Assembly: GCF_000011805.1 (NCBI RefSeq)
Contig: NC_006840.2
Length of the DNA stretch: 32,000 nucleotides
DNA from: Aliivibrio fischeri ES114
GTDB taxonomy: Bacteria; Pseudomonadota; Gammaproteobacteria; Enterobacterales; Vibrionaceae
Direction: 5' to 3' (one strand)
The notes beneath the pieces were generated by a model, which was given only the letters and a program-made list of their open reading frames with translations, had not been told where the DNA came from and did no database searches. The position numbers and the translations under genes are program-made. Each line of letters begins with the position of its first letter. The first letter of the stretch is position 1. Below are positions 1 through 10,091 of the stretch, one piece after another.

Positions 1-133
1 ATAAATTACTGTCGTTAACTAATTTCGTTGAAGATAGATTGTTTCTAGGTCTATGATGTGCGAAAGTACGTGCGCAAACCGAATTGGTTAACGACACTAA
101 TTTCAACATAAAATATAAATCGGGGTATACACA

Positions 134-391
134 ATGTATTCACAAGACGTAGTAATCACTGCAGAAAACGGCCTTCACACTCGTCCAGCGGCTCAGTTCG
201 TTAAAGAAGCAAAAGGTTTTGATGCAAAAATCACTGTTACTTCTAACGGTAAAAGTGCAAGTGCTACTAGCCTTTTCAAACTACAAACTTTAGGTCTAAC
301 TAAAGGTACTAACGTAACTATCTCTGCTGAAGGCGCACAAGAGAAAGAAGCAGTAGACCACCTAGTTAAACTAATGGACGAGCTGCACTAA
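134..391 (+). CDS. ptsH: Phosphocarrier protein HPr (PTS)
   Basis: 85 aa, the canonical HPr length. Contains the active-site motif GLHTRPAA and sits immediately upstream of ptsI. Confidence 0.97.
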   Translation: MYSQDVVITAENGLHTRPAAQFVKEAKGFDAKITVTSNGKSASATSLFKLQTLGLTKGTNVTISAEGAQEKEAVDHLVKLMDELH

Positions 392-446
392 TCAGCTTTT
401 CTTTATTATTTTCATTCTCTAATTTGATCAATTTTAAGGTAAAGCT

Positions 447-2171
447 ATGATTTCTGGCATTCTAGCATCTCCAGGTATTGCTTTTGGTAAAGCACTACTA
501 CTTCAGGAAGATGAAATTGTCCTAAACAAAACTCCAATCTCTGATTCTCAAGTAGAAACAGAAGTTCAACGTTTCTTTGATGCTCGTAATAAGTCTTCTG
601 AGCAATTAGAAGCTATCAAAGCAAAAGCGCTAGCAACTTTCGGCGAAGAAAAAGAAGCTATTTTTGAGGGGCACATTATGCTTCTTGAAGATGAAGAGCT
701 AGAAGAAGAAATCTTAGCCCTTATTAAAGATGATAAAATGGCTGCAGACTTTGCTATTCACTCTGTAATTGAAGAGCAAGCGTGTGCACTAGAGTCATTA
801 GATGATGATTATCTAAAAGAGCGCGCTACAGATATCCGTGATATCGGTAGCCGCTTTGTTAAAAACGCACTAGGCATCAACATTGTTTCACTAAGTGATA
901 TCAATGAAGAAGTAATCCTAGTTGCTAACGACCTTACTCCTTCAGAAACAGCACAAATCAACCTAGACTACGTTCTTGGTTTTGCTTGTGACATCGGTGG
1001 TCGTACATCTCATACATCTATCATGGCGCGTTCTCTTGAGCTTCCTGCTATCGTTGGTACTAACGATATCACTAAGCAAGTGAAAAATGGCGACATGCTA
1101 ATTCTTGATGCTGTTAACAACAAAATTGTTATCAACCCATCAGAAGCTGAACTAACTGAATCTAAAAAAATCCGTGACGACTTAGTTGCAGAGAAAGAAG
1201 AGTTAGCAAAACTTAAAGACCTACCAGCTATCACTCTAGATGGTCACCAAGTAGAAGTTTGCGGTAACATCGGTACAGTTAAAGACTGTGACGGTATTAT
1301 CCGTAACGGTGGTGAAGGTGTTGGTCTGTATCGTACAGAATTCCTATTCATGGATCGTGATGCACTTCCTACTGAAGAAGAGCAATATGTTGCTTATAAA
1401 GAAGTAGCAGAAGCGATGCATGGTGAACCAGTGATCATCCGTACAATGGATATCGGTGGTGATAAAGATCTACCATACATGGATCTTCCAGAAGAAATGA
1501 ACCCATTCCTAGGCTGGCGTGCGGTTCGTATTAGCTTAGACCGTCGTGAAATCCTACGTGACCAATTACGTGGTATTCTACGTGCATCAGCACACGGTAA
1601 GCTACGTATCATGTTCCCAATGATCATTTCTGTTGAAGAAATCCGTGAACTGAAAAAAGCGATTGAAGAATACAAAGCAGAACTTCGTGCTGAAGGTCAT
1701 GCATTTGACGAAAACATCGAAATCGGTGTAATGGTTGAAACTCCTGCAGCTGCAGCGATTGCACACCACCTAGCTAAAGAAGTGAGCTTCTTCTCTATCG
1801 GTACTAACGACTTAACACAATATACTCTTGCTGTTGACCGTGGTAACGAAATGATTTCTCACCTATACAACCCACTATCTCCAGCGGTTCTGCTTGTAAT
1901 CAAGCAAGTAATCGACGCTTCTCATAAAGAAGGCAAATGGACTGGTATGTGTGGTGAGCTAGCAGGTGATGAGCGTGCAAGCCTACTTCTTCTAGGTATG
2001 GGCTTAGATGAGTTCAGCATGAGCGGTATTTCAATTCCTCGCGTTAAGAAAATTGTTCGTAACGCAACGTTTGCAGATGTTAAGAAGATGGCTGATGAAG
2101 CACTTCAAATGCCTACTGCAGCAGAAATTGAAGCACATGTTGAAAAATTTATCGCAGAAAATACTAAGTAA
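447..2171 (+). CDS. ptsI: PTS enzyme I (PEP-protein phosphotransferase)
   Basis: 574 aa. Has the [12 protein letters not shown] phosphohistidine motif and the C-terminal PEP-utilising domain ([11 protein letters not shown]). Lies in ptsH-ptsI-crr order. Confidence 0.97.
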   Translation: MISGILASPGIAFGKALLLQEDEIVLNKTPISDSQVETEVQRFFDARNKSSEQLEAIKAKALATFGEEKEAIFEGHIMLLEDEELEEEILALIKDDKMAADFAIHSVIEEQACALESLDDDYLKERATDIRDIGSRFVKNALGINIVSLSDINEEVILVANDLTPSETAQINLDYVLGFACDIGGRTSHTSIMARSLELPAIVGTNDITKQVKNGDMLILDAVNNKIVINPSEAELTESKKIRDDLVAEKEELAKLKDLPAITLDGHQVEVCGNIGTVKDCDGIIRNGGEGVGLYRTEFLFMDRDALPTEEEQYVAYKEVAEAMHGEPVIIRTMDIGGDKDLPYMDLPEEMNPFLGWRAVRISLDRREILRDQLRGILRASAHGKLRIMFPMIISVEEIRELKKAIEEYKAELRAEGHAFDENIEIGVMVETPAAAAIAHHLAKEVSFFSIGTNDLTQYTLAVDRGNEMISHLYNPLSPAVLLVIKQVIDASHKEGKWTGMCGELAGDERASLLLLGMGLDEFSMSGISIPRVKKIVRNATFADVKKMADEALQMPTAAEIEAHVEKFIAENTK

Positions 2172-2194
2172 TAGTATAGTGCAAAGAATTAAAT

Positions 2195-2218
2195 ATAGCC
2201 ACTAAGTTTAGTGGCTAT
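2195..2218 (+). terminator. 10-bp stem-loop in the ptsI-crr spacer (partial terminator or mRNA-processing hairpin candidate)
   Basis: ATAGCCACTA / AGTT / TAGTGGCTAT is a perfect inverted repeat. It is followed by TTTAATAT, which is only a weak U-tract. Confidence 0.35.
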
Positions 2219-2245
2219 TTAATATAAACTTTAGGGAGCTACACA

Positions 2246-2755
2246 ATGGGTCTGTTTGACAAAATTAAAAGCGCATTTTCTTCTGAAAGCGCTGACGCTG
2301 GTGCAATCGACATCATCGCACCTCTTTCTGGTGAAATTGTAAACATCGAAGATGTGCCAGACGTAGTGTTCGCTGAAAAAATCGTTGGTGACGGTATTGC
2401 TATAAAACCTGCTGGTAACAAAATGGTTGCTCCAGTAAACGGTACAATCGGTAAAATCTTTGAAACTAACCACGCTTTCTCTATCGAATCTAACGACGGC
2501 ATCGAGCTTTTCGTTCACTTCGGTATTGATACAGTTGAACTTAAAGGCGAAGGCTTCACTCGTATCGCTGAAGAAGGTCAAGAAGTTAAAGCTGGTGACA
2601 CTATCATCGAATTCGATCTAGCTGTTCTTGAAGAAAAAGCTAAATCAACGCTTACTCCAGTTGTTATCTCTAACATGGACGAAATCAAAGAGCTTACTAA
2701 GCTTTCTGGTGCTGTTACTGTTGGTGAATCTCCAGTTCTTAAAGTAACTAAGTAA
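2246..2755 (+). CDS. crr: PTS glucose-specific EIIA component
   Basis: 169 aa, the same length as E. coli Crr. Carries EIIA-Glc motifs ([15 protein letters not shown]) and follows ptsI. Confidence 0.97.
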   Translation: MGLFDKIKSAFSSESADAGAIDIIAPLSGEIVNIEDVPDVVFAEKIVGDGIAIKPAGNKMVAPVNGTIGKIFETNHAFSIESNDGIELFVHFGIDTVELKGEGFTRIAEEGQEVKAGDTIIEFDLAVLEEKAKSTLTPVVISNMDEIKELTKLSGAVTVGESPVLKVTK

Positions 2756-2794
2756 TCTTTAATAGATAACTTTAGTTAATTAAAGACAAAAAAA

Positions 2795-2830
2795 GGCCGC
2801 TGTTTTCTAAAGATAACAGCGGCCTTTTTG
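2795..2830. terminator. Bidirectional rho-independent terminator (crr / Dyp peroxidase gene)
   Basis: GGCCGCTGTT...AACAGCGGCC forms a 10-11 bp GC-rich stem. It has an A-run upstream and TTTTT downstream. Confidence 0.85.
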
Positions 2831-2893
2831 TATCTATTCGGCTAATAATAGTAAGTACCATTAACGTCAACAATACTTACTTTAACCCATAAT

Positions 2894-3799
2894 TTATTTA
2901 ACAGTCAGCTCTGCAAACATTTCTTGTGATGGAGTAAAGAAATAGCCGCCAGTTACTGCATCTGTAAAACGTAATAGTTGATCAGTTTTCCCATCAACTT
3001 CTCCGTACATGCTATCAAGCATTACTTGGAAATTATGAACCGTTTTACAGTAAGCAATAAACAGTAAGCCATGGTCGCCAGAAACCGAGCCATAAGGCAA
3101 GCTGTGGCGTAAAATCTTCACACCCTTACCGTTTTCCTTAATATCAACGCGACCTACGTGTGAGGCTGCTGGAACATCATCTAACTCGATTGAATCTGGT
3201 TTCGTACGGCCAATAACCTTTTCCTGTGCAGAAACAGACAAACGGTTCCATGCTGGTAATTTATGTACAAAGCGTTGGCACATCATATAACTACCGCCAG
3301 CAAACTCACCATCAGCAATCAATGCAACTTCAGCGCGAGCTTCATTTTTTGGATTCTCTGTACCATCAACGAAATCCGTCATATCGCGTGAATCAAGGAA
3401 ACGAAAGCCCGATACTTCTTCTTTAATTTCTACATGCTCAGAAATCACATTCATTAATTTACGTAAGATATAAAAATGTAAATCATGACGATTTGAGTGA
3501 AGGTGAATTAATACATCACCATGTGTTGCAGGGGCAATAATATCGCCTTTTCCTAATTGCTTAAATTTAGCCAATTCAGAAGGCATAGGTGCAGATAACG
3601 TTGACCAGAATTCAGCACCAAAAGAAACTGCGCTACTTAAGTTCGCGTCTGGCTGATTTTCATTTAATTCAATGATCAAAGCGGGAAGCGTTTGCAGCTG
3701 TTCCAATACAAGCTGAGGATTACTTTTAATATTTAATGTAACGTATAATGCAAATCGATCTGGTTCTGGCAGTAAAGCCGTTTGAGGAGTGTAAGACAT
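2894..3799 (-). CDS. yfeX: Dyp-type (dye-decolorizing) heme peroxidase, YfeX-like
   Basis: 301 aa; E. coli YfeX is about 299 aa by recollection. The overall Dyp pattern is present, including the C-terminal GGYFFTPS and a FVDGTENP-type motif. Confidence 0.8.
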   Translation of the reverse strand: MSYTPQTALLPEPDRFALYVTLNIKSNPQLVLEQLQTLPALIIELNENQPDANLSSAVSFGAEFWSTLSAPMPSELAKFKQLGKGDIIAPATHGDVLIHLHSNRHDLHFYILRKLMNVISEHVEIKEEVSGFRFLDSRDMTDFVDGTENPKNEARAEVALIADGEFAGGSYMMCQRFVHKLPAWNRLSVSAQEKVIGRTKPDSIELDDVPAASHVGRVDIKENGKGVKILRHSLPYGSVSGDHGLLFIAYCKTVHNFQVMLDSMYGEVDGKTDQLLRFTDAVTGGYFFTPSQEMFAELTVK

Positions 3800-3881
3800 G
3801 AACTCAGTTCCTTTCTATTTTGAATTAACTGAGTCCATTATATGCAATAAAACATAAGATTGTTTGATAAAAAATAAGAGT

Positions 3882-4274
3882 TTATGAAGAAATTACTTCC
3901 ACTGAAAGTTTCACTGTTTCATTTACTGATGAATCAGAGACCATATATGACTCCTGATTATTTAACTTAGTAATAATCGTTGGCGCACATAATGTTCTGA
4001 TCTTACCTTCTCCCTCTTCTTCTGTTACTCGAAAAGCGATTTCTACATTTTCAGCATCAATATTTTTTAGCTCAGCCCAAGCCTGCACTTGAGATTGCTT
4101 ATCTATTGAATTGAAAACTAACGTTTCTTCACCTAAAACAAGAGAAGCTGATGAATTTGTTATGCGTTGTAAATCTGGTCGATTAATCTCAACCCCTAAA
4201 TCCAATTGCCAATCCGCCATTGCTAGCGGGCTTAATAACGCACTAAATAATAATGCACCTGTTGATAGATCCAT
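3882..4274 (-). CDS. Hypothetical secreted/periplasmic protein
   Basis: 130 aa. N-terminal signal-peptide-like segment (LLFSALLSPLAMA|DW). A GAGGGGG Shine-Dalgarno lies upstream. The gene starts 16 nt after the stop of the upstream membrane-protein gene. No family recognised. Confidence 0.55.
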   Translation of the reverse strand: MDLSTGALLFSALLSPLAMADWQLDLGVEINRPDLQRITNSSASLVLGEETLVFNSIDKQSQVQAWAELKNIDAENVEIAFRVTEEEGEGKIRTLCAPTIITKLNNQESYMVSDSSVNETVKLSVEVISS

Positions 4275-4290
4275 TGTCTGCCCCCTCTCA

Positions 4291-4740
4291 TTAAGTCAGA
4301 CTAAAGCATATCTTTACTCGTTTACTGCGACATAAAAATATAAGAAACCAGCTAAGAAGTAAGATAATCATTGCACTTCCTGGCTGAAACTCTCCTCGAT
4401 TAACAATAACCGATTGAATTAACATTGAAAGGTCAATTAAAACCATCACAATGGTTAGCCACCGTCCTTGCTTCCAAAGAGTCAGCATAAAAGGCCGTGT
4501 GGGCTTTTTGAAACTGCTTAGCCACATATAAAACAATATAGGTAGACTTAAGCATAAACTCGTATACAAATGCGCATGGCTAGGATAAAACAAGGCTAAT
4601 AAATCGGTGCCTTGTTCTCGACTCGCACCAGCCATAACAAAAACTACAACAGAACGAATTAAAATCGCCCATCCAAACCACAACCAAACAGGTGGCTTTA
4701 ACCACCCATGTTCATCATATGCATCAAAAGAATACTGCAT
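4291..4740 (-). CDS. Inner-membrane protein, YfeZ-like (DUF2919-type)
   Basis: 149 aa with about 4 hydrophobic helices. Same length as E. coli YfeZ and next to a yfeX homolog, as in E. coli. The assignment is from memory. Confidence 0.6.
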   Translation of the reverse strand: MQYSFDAYDEHGWLKPPVWLWFGWAILIRSVVVFVMAGASREQGTDLLALFYPSHAHLYTSLCLSLPILFYMWLSSFKKPTRPFMLTLWKQGRWLTIVMVLIDLSMLIQSVIVNRGEFQPGSAMIILLLSWFLIFLCRSKRVKICFSLT

Positions 4741-4944
4741 ATTTCTACCTTAAAATTAACTAACAACTTTCTCAGTAGACTTGTTCAGCTTACTGAAATG
4801 TTTAAAAATAACGATTGGATAAAATTAAAACTTTGAGCTAGATACACCTCAAAGATCAAAATCTATATTGCCGTCACACTTTGTATCGTTTACCTTTCAG
4901 TAATGTGTGAATATAAACTCAAATAAGAATAGTTAAGAGCAAAT

Positions 4945-5304
4945 ATGACAAACTACAAAAAAACAAAAGATTCCGTATCAATCGAGTCTCAACAAGAAGC
5001 CATGAAGATAGCTAAAGCTACACAAAAACCAGCTCAAACAAAAGAGCAAACTAAATTGATTGCGCAGGGAATCGAAAAAGGCATTGCTCTTTATAAGAAA
5101 CAACAGAAGGAAAAGGCAAGAGAAGCGGATAAACAAAAGAAAAAAACACAGCGAACCAAGCAAAATAACGTAAAATTATCCGATATAGAAGATAAACAAG
5201 CACAACAAGAATACATTAATAACGAATCAAACAAAGCGCTACCATGGATCTTACTAGCCGTCAGTTGGGCCGCCTTCATTTATTATACGGTTTTAGGATT
5301 CTAA
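4945..5304 (+). CDS. Lys/Gln-rich tail-anchored small protein (DUF2956-like)
   Basis: 119 aa. Highly charged K/Q/E-rich N-terminal 95 aa followed by one C-terminal TM helix (LPWILLAVSWAAFIYYTVLGF). Confidence 0.55.
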   Translation: MTNYKKTKDSVSIESQQEAMKIAKATQKPAQTKEQTKLIAQGIEKGIALYKKQQKEKAREADKQKKKTQRTKQNNVKLSDIEDKQAQQEYINNESNKALPWILLAVSWAAFIYYTVLGF

Positions 5305-5324
5305 TCCCCCCAAACTTCGACATA

Positions 5325-5357
5325 TAAAAAAGAGATGGGCATATCATACCCATCTCT
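5325..5357 (-). terminator. Rho-independent terminator closing the nap operon
   Basis: AGAGATGGG...CCCATCTCT forms a 9-bp stem. On the minus strand it is followed by TTTTT. Confidence 0.7.
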
Positions 5358-5389
5358 CTATTCATCGAGTTGATTCGTAATTTAAACGA

Positions 5390-5521
5390 TTACTCTTTAT
5401 CTGATTTCAATGACAATAGCCAAATTGAAAACACAGATACCGCAGCAAAACCGCCTAGAATAATAGCTGGCATCGCAGCGTAACCTAGAGTATGCCAAAT
5501 CACTGATTCTAATGTACTCAT
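5390..5521 (-). CDS. 43-aa single-TM protein immediately downstream of napC (nap-associated small membrane protein)
   Basis: Hand translation gives MSTLESVIWHTLGYAAMPAIILGGFAAVSVFSIWLLSLKSDKE*. A GGAGA Shine-Dalgarno lies 4 nt upstream of the ATG. The gene starts 10 nt after the napC stop and is followed by the terminator. It is below the ORF-track size cutoff. Confidence 0.65.
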   Translation of the reverse strand: MSTLESVIWHTLGYAAMPAIILGGFAAVSVFSIWLLSLKSDKE

Positions 5522-5530
5522 GCTATCTCC

Positions 5531-6106
5531 TTACCAACCTTCAATGCCAGACATATCAGGCAATTTATGTGCGATACCTTTATGACAATCTACACACGTT
5601 TTTTCACCTGATGCTAACGCCGTTGAGTGTTGTTTCGCACTACGTGGGCCTTGCTCTGAGAAATCCATATAATCAAACTCATGACAATTACGACATTCTT
5701 GAGAGTTGTTTTCTTTCATTCGATGCCATTCACGCTCAGCTAAATGCGCTCGACGCTCTTTAAACTTCTCTTCAGTATCAATCGTTTTTGTCACATAGTG
5801 AGCAAAGAGCTCTTTCGATGCCTGTACCTTACGTACAATCTTATCTGTCCAGTTATGTGGAACGTGACAATCAGAACAGATAGCACGTACACCTGAACGG
5901 TTTGAATAGTGAATCGTCTCTTGGATTTCTTTAACAATTGGTGCGTGACAACCAGAACAAAACTCTTCTGTATTGGTTGCTTCCATACCAGTGTTAAATG
6001 CGCCCCAGAAAAGCAAGCCGCCCATAAAGCCCATAAATAGAACAATGCCTACTGCAGCTTTACTAGGAGACGAAAAACGCTTCCAAAATGCTTTTAATAA
6101 TTTCAT
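5531..6106 (-). CDS. napC: Tetraheme cytochrome c quinol dehydrogenase NapC
   Basis: 191 aa. N-terminal TM helix and four CxxCH motifs (CSGCH, CSDCH, CRNCH, CVDCH). NapC/NirT family; follows napB. Confidence 0.95.
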   Translation of the reverse strand: MKLLKAFWKRFSSPSKAAVGIVLFMGFMGGLLFWGAFNTGMEATNTEEFCSGCHAPIVKEIQETIHYSNRSGVRAICSDCHVPHNWTDKIVRKVQASKELFAHYVTKTIDTEEKFKERRAHLAEREWHRMKENNSQECRNCHEFDYMDFSEQGPRSAKQHSTALASGEKTCVDCHKGIAHKLPDMSGIEGW

Positions 6107-6138
6107 GTATAGCCTCTCTTAACTTTATTGGCTATCGA

Positions 6139-6612
6139 CTAGCGCAATGAGTCCACACGTTCAAATTCGTTCTCTACTAGTGGTTTTGCATCCGCTTGAG
6201 GAACGTGACATTGCAGACAGAAGTAACGACGAGGAGATACATCAGAAAGCACTGCATCTTCACGGTTTACGTAATGAGTCACACTAATCTTAGTTGCCCC
6301 CATTTCTTTTGCATTTTTCCAACTATGACAAGACAAACACTTATTGGCATTCAACGATACTTCATAGTTACGAATCGTATGAGGAACCAAAGGTGGTTGA
6401 TATACATAGTCACTATCTAAAGCGTGGTCACGTGGAAAACGCTTAAAATCATCCGCTGGACGTGTCGCTTCTAACTCTGAAGCACCACGTAATGACTCAA
6501 CACCACCAATACCACCTGGGTTATGCAGTTCAGAACCTTGTTCTGCTTCTGCTTGTACTGCGCCAGTGAACAATAGTCCTGCTGACATAAGCGCTATAAT
6601 GAACTTTTTCAT
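6139..6612 (-). CDS. napB: Diheme cytochrome c NapB
   Basis: 157 aa with a signal peptide and two CxxCH motifs (CLSCH, CLQCH). Located between napA and napC. Confidence 0.95.
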   Translation of the reverse strand: MKKFIIALMSAGLLFTGAVQAEAEQGSELHNPGGIGGVESLRGASELEATRPADDFKRFPRDHALDSDYVYQPPLVPHTIRNYEVSLNANKCLSCHSWKNAKEMGATKISVTHYVNREDAVLSDVSPRRYFCLQCHVPQADAKPLVENEFERVDSLR

Positions 6613-6687
6613 TCTAATTTCTCCGCCTTAAGGCAAACTCTAAAACAAGTCACTAGCCAGTAGACTAGCAACTCATCAATTTATTAA

Positions 6688-9177
6688 TTAAGCAATTTTA
6701 GTGATTTTAACTGGACACTTCTTAAAGTCTGTCTGCTTAGATAGCGGATCAGTTGCGTCTAGAATCAACTTGTTAATTAAGATGCGAGCATCAAAGAATG
6801 GTACGAATACCAATCCTTCTGGCGGACGGTTACGGCCACGAGTTTCAACACGAACTCGTACTTCACCACGTTTGTTTGAGATTAGAACTTCATCTCCACG
6901 ACGTAAATTACGTTTTTTCGCATCTGCTGGGTGGATATAACAAAGCGCATCAGGAACTGCTTTATACAGCTCAGGAACACGACGAGTCATAGTACCTGTA
7001 TGCCAGTGTTCAAGAACACGACCAGTACATAACCACATATCAAACTCATCATTTGGCACTTCAGGTGGCGCTTCATATGGTGCAGAGATAATTAAGGCCT
7101 TACCATCAGGTTTACCGTAGAAATCCCAGTCTGATCCTTTCTTCGCATATGGATCTGAACCTTCTTTAAAGCGCCATAGCGTTTCTTTACCATCAACAAC
7201 AGGCCAGCGTAAACCACGCACTGTGTGATAGGTATCGTACGGTGCTAAATCGTGTCCATGGCCACGACCGAAGCTTGCATATTCTTCAAACAGACCTTTT
7301 TGAACATAGAAGCCTTGAGCTTTAGCATCATCATTAAGCTCTTGCGCTTCTGATAATGGGAAGGCATCAACTTGACCATTTTTGAACAAAATGTCATACA
7401 TTGTTTTACCACGGTATTCAGGCGCTTTTGCTACTAGCTCTTCGCCCCACACTTCTTCAACTTTGAAGCGTTTTGAGAACTCCATGATTTGCCATAAATC
7501 TGATTTTGCTTCGCCTTTTGCTTGTACTTGTTGATACCAAGCTTGAGTACGACGCTCTGCGTTACCATAAGCACCTTCTTTTTCTACCCACATTGCGGTT
7601 GGTAGAATCAAGTCAGCCGCTTGTGCAGTTGCTGTTGGGTATGGGTCTGAACATACAATGAAGTTTTCAGGATTACGATAACCTGGTAGACGTTCAGTGT
7701 TAATATTTGGACCAGCTTGCATGTTGTTATTACACATAACCCAGTAAGCATTGATCTTGCCATCTTTTAGCATACGGTCTTGAACAACGGCATGAGCTCC
7801 AGGCTTACCATTTAGAGTACCTTCAGGTAGTTTCCAAATTTTCTCAGAGATAGCACGGTGTTTAGGGTTAGCAACCACCATATCAGCAGGTAGACGATGC
7901 GAGAACGTACCAACTTCACGAGCAGTACCACATGCAGATGGTTGACCTGTAAGAGAGAATGGGCTGTTACCAGGTGTTGCGATTTTACCTGTAAGCAAGT
8001 GAATGTTATAAACAAGGCTGTTCATCCAAACACCACGAGTATGTTGGTTCATACCCATTGTCCATAAAGACATTACTTTTGTTTTTGGATCTGCATATTG
8101 TTTAGCTAGAGTAATCAGATCTTCTTCCGATACGCCTGACATTTCAGATGCTTTTTGTGCCGTATAAGGAGCTACTGATTTTTTATACTCTTCAAAGCTA
8201 ATTGAAGACATTGCACCTGAGTTAGGGTTTGCCGCTTCCATTTGAAGAGGATCATCATCACGTAAACCGTAACCAATATCCGTCGTCGCTTGTTTGAAGT
8301 TCGTATGTTTATTAACGAAATCCCAGTTAACTGCATTATTTTGGATAATGTAGTTAGCAATGAAGTTAGCAATAGCAAGGTCAGATTGAGGTTCAAAAAT
8401 ATAGCCTTTATCTGCTAATTCAAATGAGCGATGGTAGTACGTTGATAATACATTAACTTTTACATGAGGATGACTTAAACGACGGTCTGAAATGCGAGTC
8501 CATAATACTGGGTGCATTTCTGCCATGTTTGAACCCCACAGAACAAACGAGTCTGCGTTTTCAAAATCATCATAACAACCCATAGGCTCATCGATACCAA
8601 ATGTACGCATAAATGCACCTACAGCAGATGCCATACAGTGACGAGCATTCGGATCAATGTTGTTTGAACGGAAACCCGCTTTCATCAGCTTAACCGCTGC
8701 ATAGCCTTCCATTACTGTCCACTGACCAGAACCAAACATACCAACACCTGTTGGACCATGTTTTTTCAGAGCCGCTTTCCATTTTTCAGCCATGGTATCT
8801 AGAGCAACATCCCAAGATACAGGAGCAAAGTCACCATCTTTGTTATATTGGCCGTCTTTCATACGCAACATTGGCGTTTGAACACGATCTTTACCGTACA
8901 TAATCTTAGAAAGGAAATAACCTTTAATACAGTTAAGACCTTTGTTTACAGGTGCTTCAGGATCACCTTGAGTAGCGACTACGCGACCATTTTGAGTACC
9001 AACAAGTACTGAACAACCTGTACCACAAAAACGACAAGGCGCTTTATCCCATTTAATTTTTGTTTGGTCAGAACTAACGATTAAATTTGTTGCTGAAGCA
9101 GGCAGCGTAACCCCTGCAACAGCTGCAGCCGAAGCTGCTGCGTTTGCTTTAACAAACGCACGTCTTGTCATTTTCAT
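6688..9177 (-). CDS. napA: Periplasmic nitrate reductase catalytic subunit NapA
   Basis: 829 aa. Twin-arginine signal (MTRRAFVKA...ASA), an N-terminal 4Fe-4S Cys cluster (CRFCGTGC) and a molybdopterin oxidoreductase body. Confidence 0.98.
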   Translation of the reverse strand: MKMTRRAFVKANAAASAAAVAGVTLPASATNLIVSSDQTKIKWDKAPCRFCGTGCSVLVGTQNGRVVATQGDPEAPVNKGLNCIKGYFLSKIMYGKDRVQTPMLRMKDGQYNKDGDFAPVSWDVALDTMAEKWKAALKKHGPTGVGMFGSGQWTVMEGYAAVKLMKAGFRSNNIDPNARHCMASAVGAFMRTFGIDEPMGCYDDFENADSFVLWGSNMAEMHPVLWTRISDRRLSHPHVKVNVLSTYYHRSFELADKGYIFEPQSDLAIANFIANYIIQNNAVNWDFVNKHTNFKQATTDIGYGLRDDDPLQMEAANPNSGAMSSISFEEYKKSVAPYTAQKASEMSGVSEEDLITLAKQYADPKTKVMSLWTMGMNQHTRGVWMNSLVYNIHLLTGKIATPGNSPFSLTGQPSACGTAREVGTFSHRLPADMVVANPKHRAISEKIWKLPEGTLNGKPGAHAVVQDRMLKDGKINAYWVMCNNNMQAGPNINTERLPGYRNPENFIVCSDPYPTATAQAADLILPTAMWVEKEGAYGNAERRTQAWYQQVQAKGEAKSDLWQIMEFSKRFKVEEVWGEELVAKAPEYRGKTMYDILFKNGQVDAFPLSEAQELNDDAKAQGFYVQKGLFEEYASFGRGHGHDLAPYDTYHTVRGLRWPVVDGKETLWRFKEGSDPYAKKGSDWDFYGKPDGKALIISAPYEAPPEVPNDEFDMWLCTGRVLEHWHTGTMTRRVPELYKAVPDALCYIHPADAKKRNLRRGDEVLISNKRGEVRVRVETRGRNRPPEGLVFVPFFDARILINKLILDATDPLSKQTDFKKCPVKITKIA

Positions 9178-9458
9178 GATTCATCCTCACATTGCGAATC
9201 AAAGTGCTCGATTTGGTGAAATACTAAAGCGACATTTAGTACGTCTTCGAAGTCATTTATTTTATCGATTGAATCGGTGATATATCCTTGGTTTTCAGTT
9301 TCAAGAACAACAATAATCTTGCCCTCTTCACTTTCTCCATATATTTCCGTATTCGGCAGTGCTAATATCTTTTCTTTTGTTATTTCCAGTGACTCAGGTC
9401 TTACATGAACCACTAAGCTTGAAATATGAACTTCATTTTCAGGCAAATTCTCTAACAT
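9174..9458 (-). CDS. napD: NapA chaperone NapD
   Basis: 94 aa. Its stop overlaps the napA start by 4 nt and the napF stop overlaps its start. Position and size are typical of NapD. Confidence 0.85.
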   Translation of the reverse strand: MLENLPENEVHISSLVVHVRPESLEITKEKILALPNTEIYGESEEGKIIVVLETENQGYITDSIDKINDFEDVLNVALVFHQIEHFDSQCEDES

Positions 9459-9976
9459 GATGTGCTATCTTCCAGTGTCATGCTGATAGCAGATGTAGGG
9501 CAAACAGCAACACAGCCACCACATCCATTACAGGCATCAAAATTAATTTTAGGTTGAGCTACGCTGCCCAACTGAAGTTGAAAGCGAATGGCTTGTGTTT
9601 CACACATATCGCTACAACTTCGACATTCCACAGATTTTTTCGCTAAACAGTTTTCATTTATAGATATTTTATGAGAGAAAACAGGCTCAGCCGTTAAATC
9701 AAATAAAGCTTCAGGGCAGCTATTTGCACAGCCTTCACAAAAAGTACATTCACCTTTTGTAAAATCGACGATAGGAAACCCACCATCCCCTTTAACAATA
9801 ATATTTTCTTCGCATGCATTAATGCACTTTTCACATCGAGTACACTTTGACGTAAAAACTGATTCATTTTCTACCCAAGGCAATCGCTGTTGTGTTAACG
9901 GATTTATTTTTTTTTGAGAAGATAAACGGCGAAAAAATCCTCGCTTAGAATGGTCAATTGCATTATCTTGACTCAT
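9452..9976 (-). CDS. napF: Ferredoxin-type protein NapF
   Basis: 174 aa with several CxxCxxCxxxC(P) iron-sulfur motifs. It is the first gene of the nap operon. Confidence 0.9.
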   Translation of the reverse strand: MSQDNAIDHSKRGFFRRLSSQKKINPLTQQRLPWVENESVFTSKCTRCEKCINACEENIIVKGDGGFPIVDFTKGECTFCEGCANSCPEALFDLTAEPVFSHKISINENCLAKKSVECRSCSDMCETQAIRFQLQLGSVAQPKINFDACNGCGGCVAVCPTSAISMTLEDSTSC

Positions 9977-10047
9977 CTATTCATAACCTCAGTTATTCAT
10001 TAACATTTTTATATGTTGAATTTTAAATTTTGTCATATTTATTGATA

Positions 10048-10063
10048 TACCCCATAATGGTTA
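10048..10063 (-). promoter_or_regulatory. Candidate NarP/NarL 7-2-7 heptamer pair in the napF promoter
   Basis: The sequence is TACCCCA-TA-ATGGTTA. Each half matches the TACYYMT heptamer at 6 of 7 positions. It lies about 43 bp upstream of a TSS guessed from a minus-strand TAAAAT -10 at 10020-10025. Confidence 0.35.
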
Positions 10064-10077
10064 AACATAGGTAAATT

Positions 10078-10091
10078 TTGTTTTAGATCAA
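10078..10091. promoter_or_regulatory. Candidate FNR box in the napF/narQ divergent region
   Basis: TTGTT-TTAG-ATCAA matches 9 of 10 specified positions of TTGAT-N4-ATCAA. Its centre is 29 bp upstream of the NarP-like site relative to napF. Confidence 0.4.

Noticed and set aside
57-76. Imperfect palindrome TGTGCGAAAGTACGTGCGCA upstream of ptsH as a CRP or Mlc operator
   Set aside because: It does not fit TGTGA-N6-TCACA, and I cannot match it confidently to the Mlc/NagC consensus from memory. It is left unannotated.
1010-1675. Antisense ORFs inside ptsI (1010-1234 and 1394-1675, minus strand)
   Set aside because: They lie fully within a well-supported, highly conserved CDS on the other strand. 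Their composition is low-complexity and Ser/Arg-rich, typical of shadow frames, and they have no Shine-Dalgarno.
2231-2581. Two minus-strand ORFs (116 aa and 87 aa) opposite crr
   Set aside because: These are shadow ORFs of a strongly codon-biased gene. No motif or RBS is present.
5512-6420. ORFs 5512-5763(+), 5791-6045(-) and 6196-6420(+) overlapping napC/napB
   Set aside because: They overlap heme-motif-bearing nap genes in other frames and have no independent support.
6701-8396. Small ORFs in alternative frames of napA (6701-6940, 6798-6992, 7812-8015, 8172-8396)
   Set aside because: All are inside the 829-aa NapA CDS and are shadow frames.
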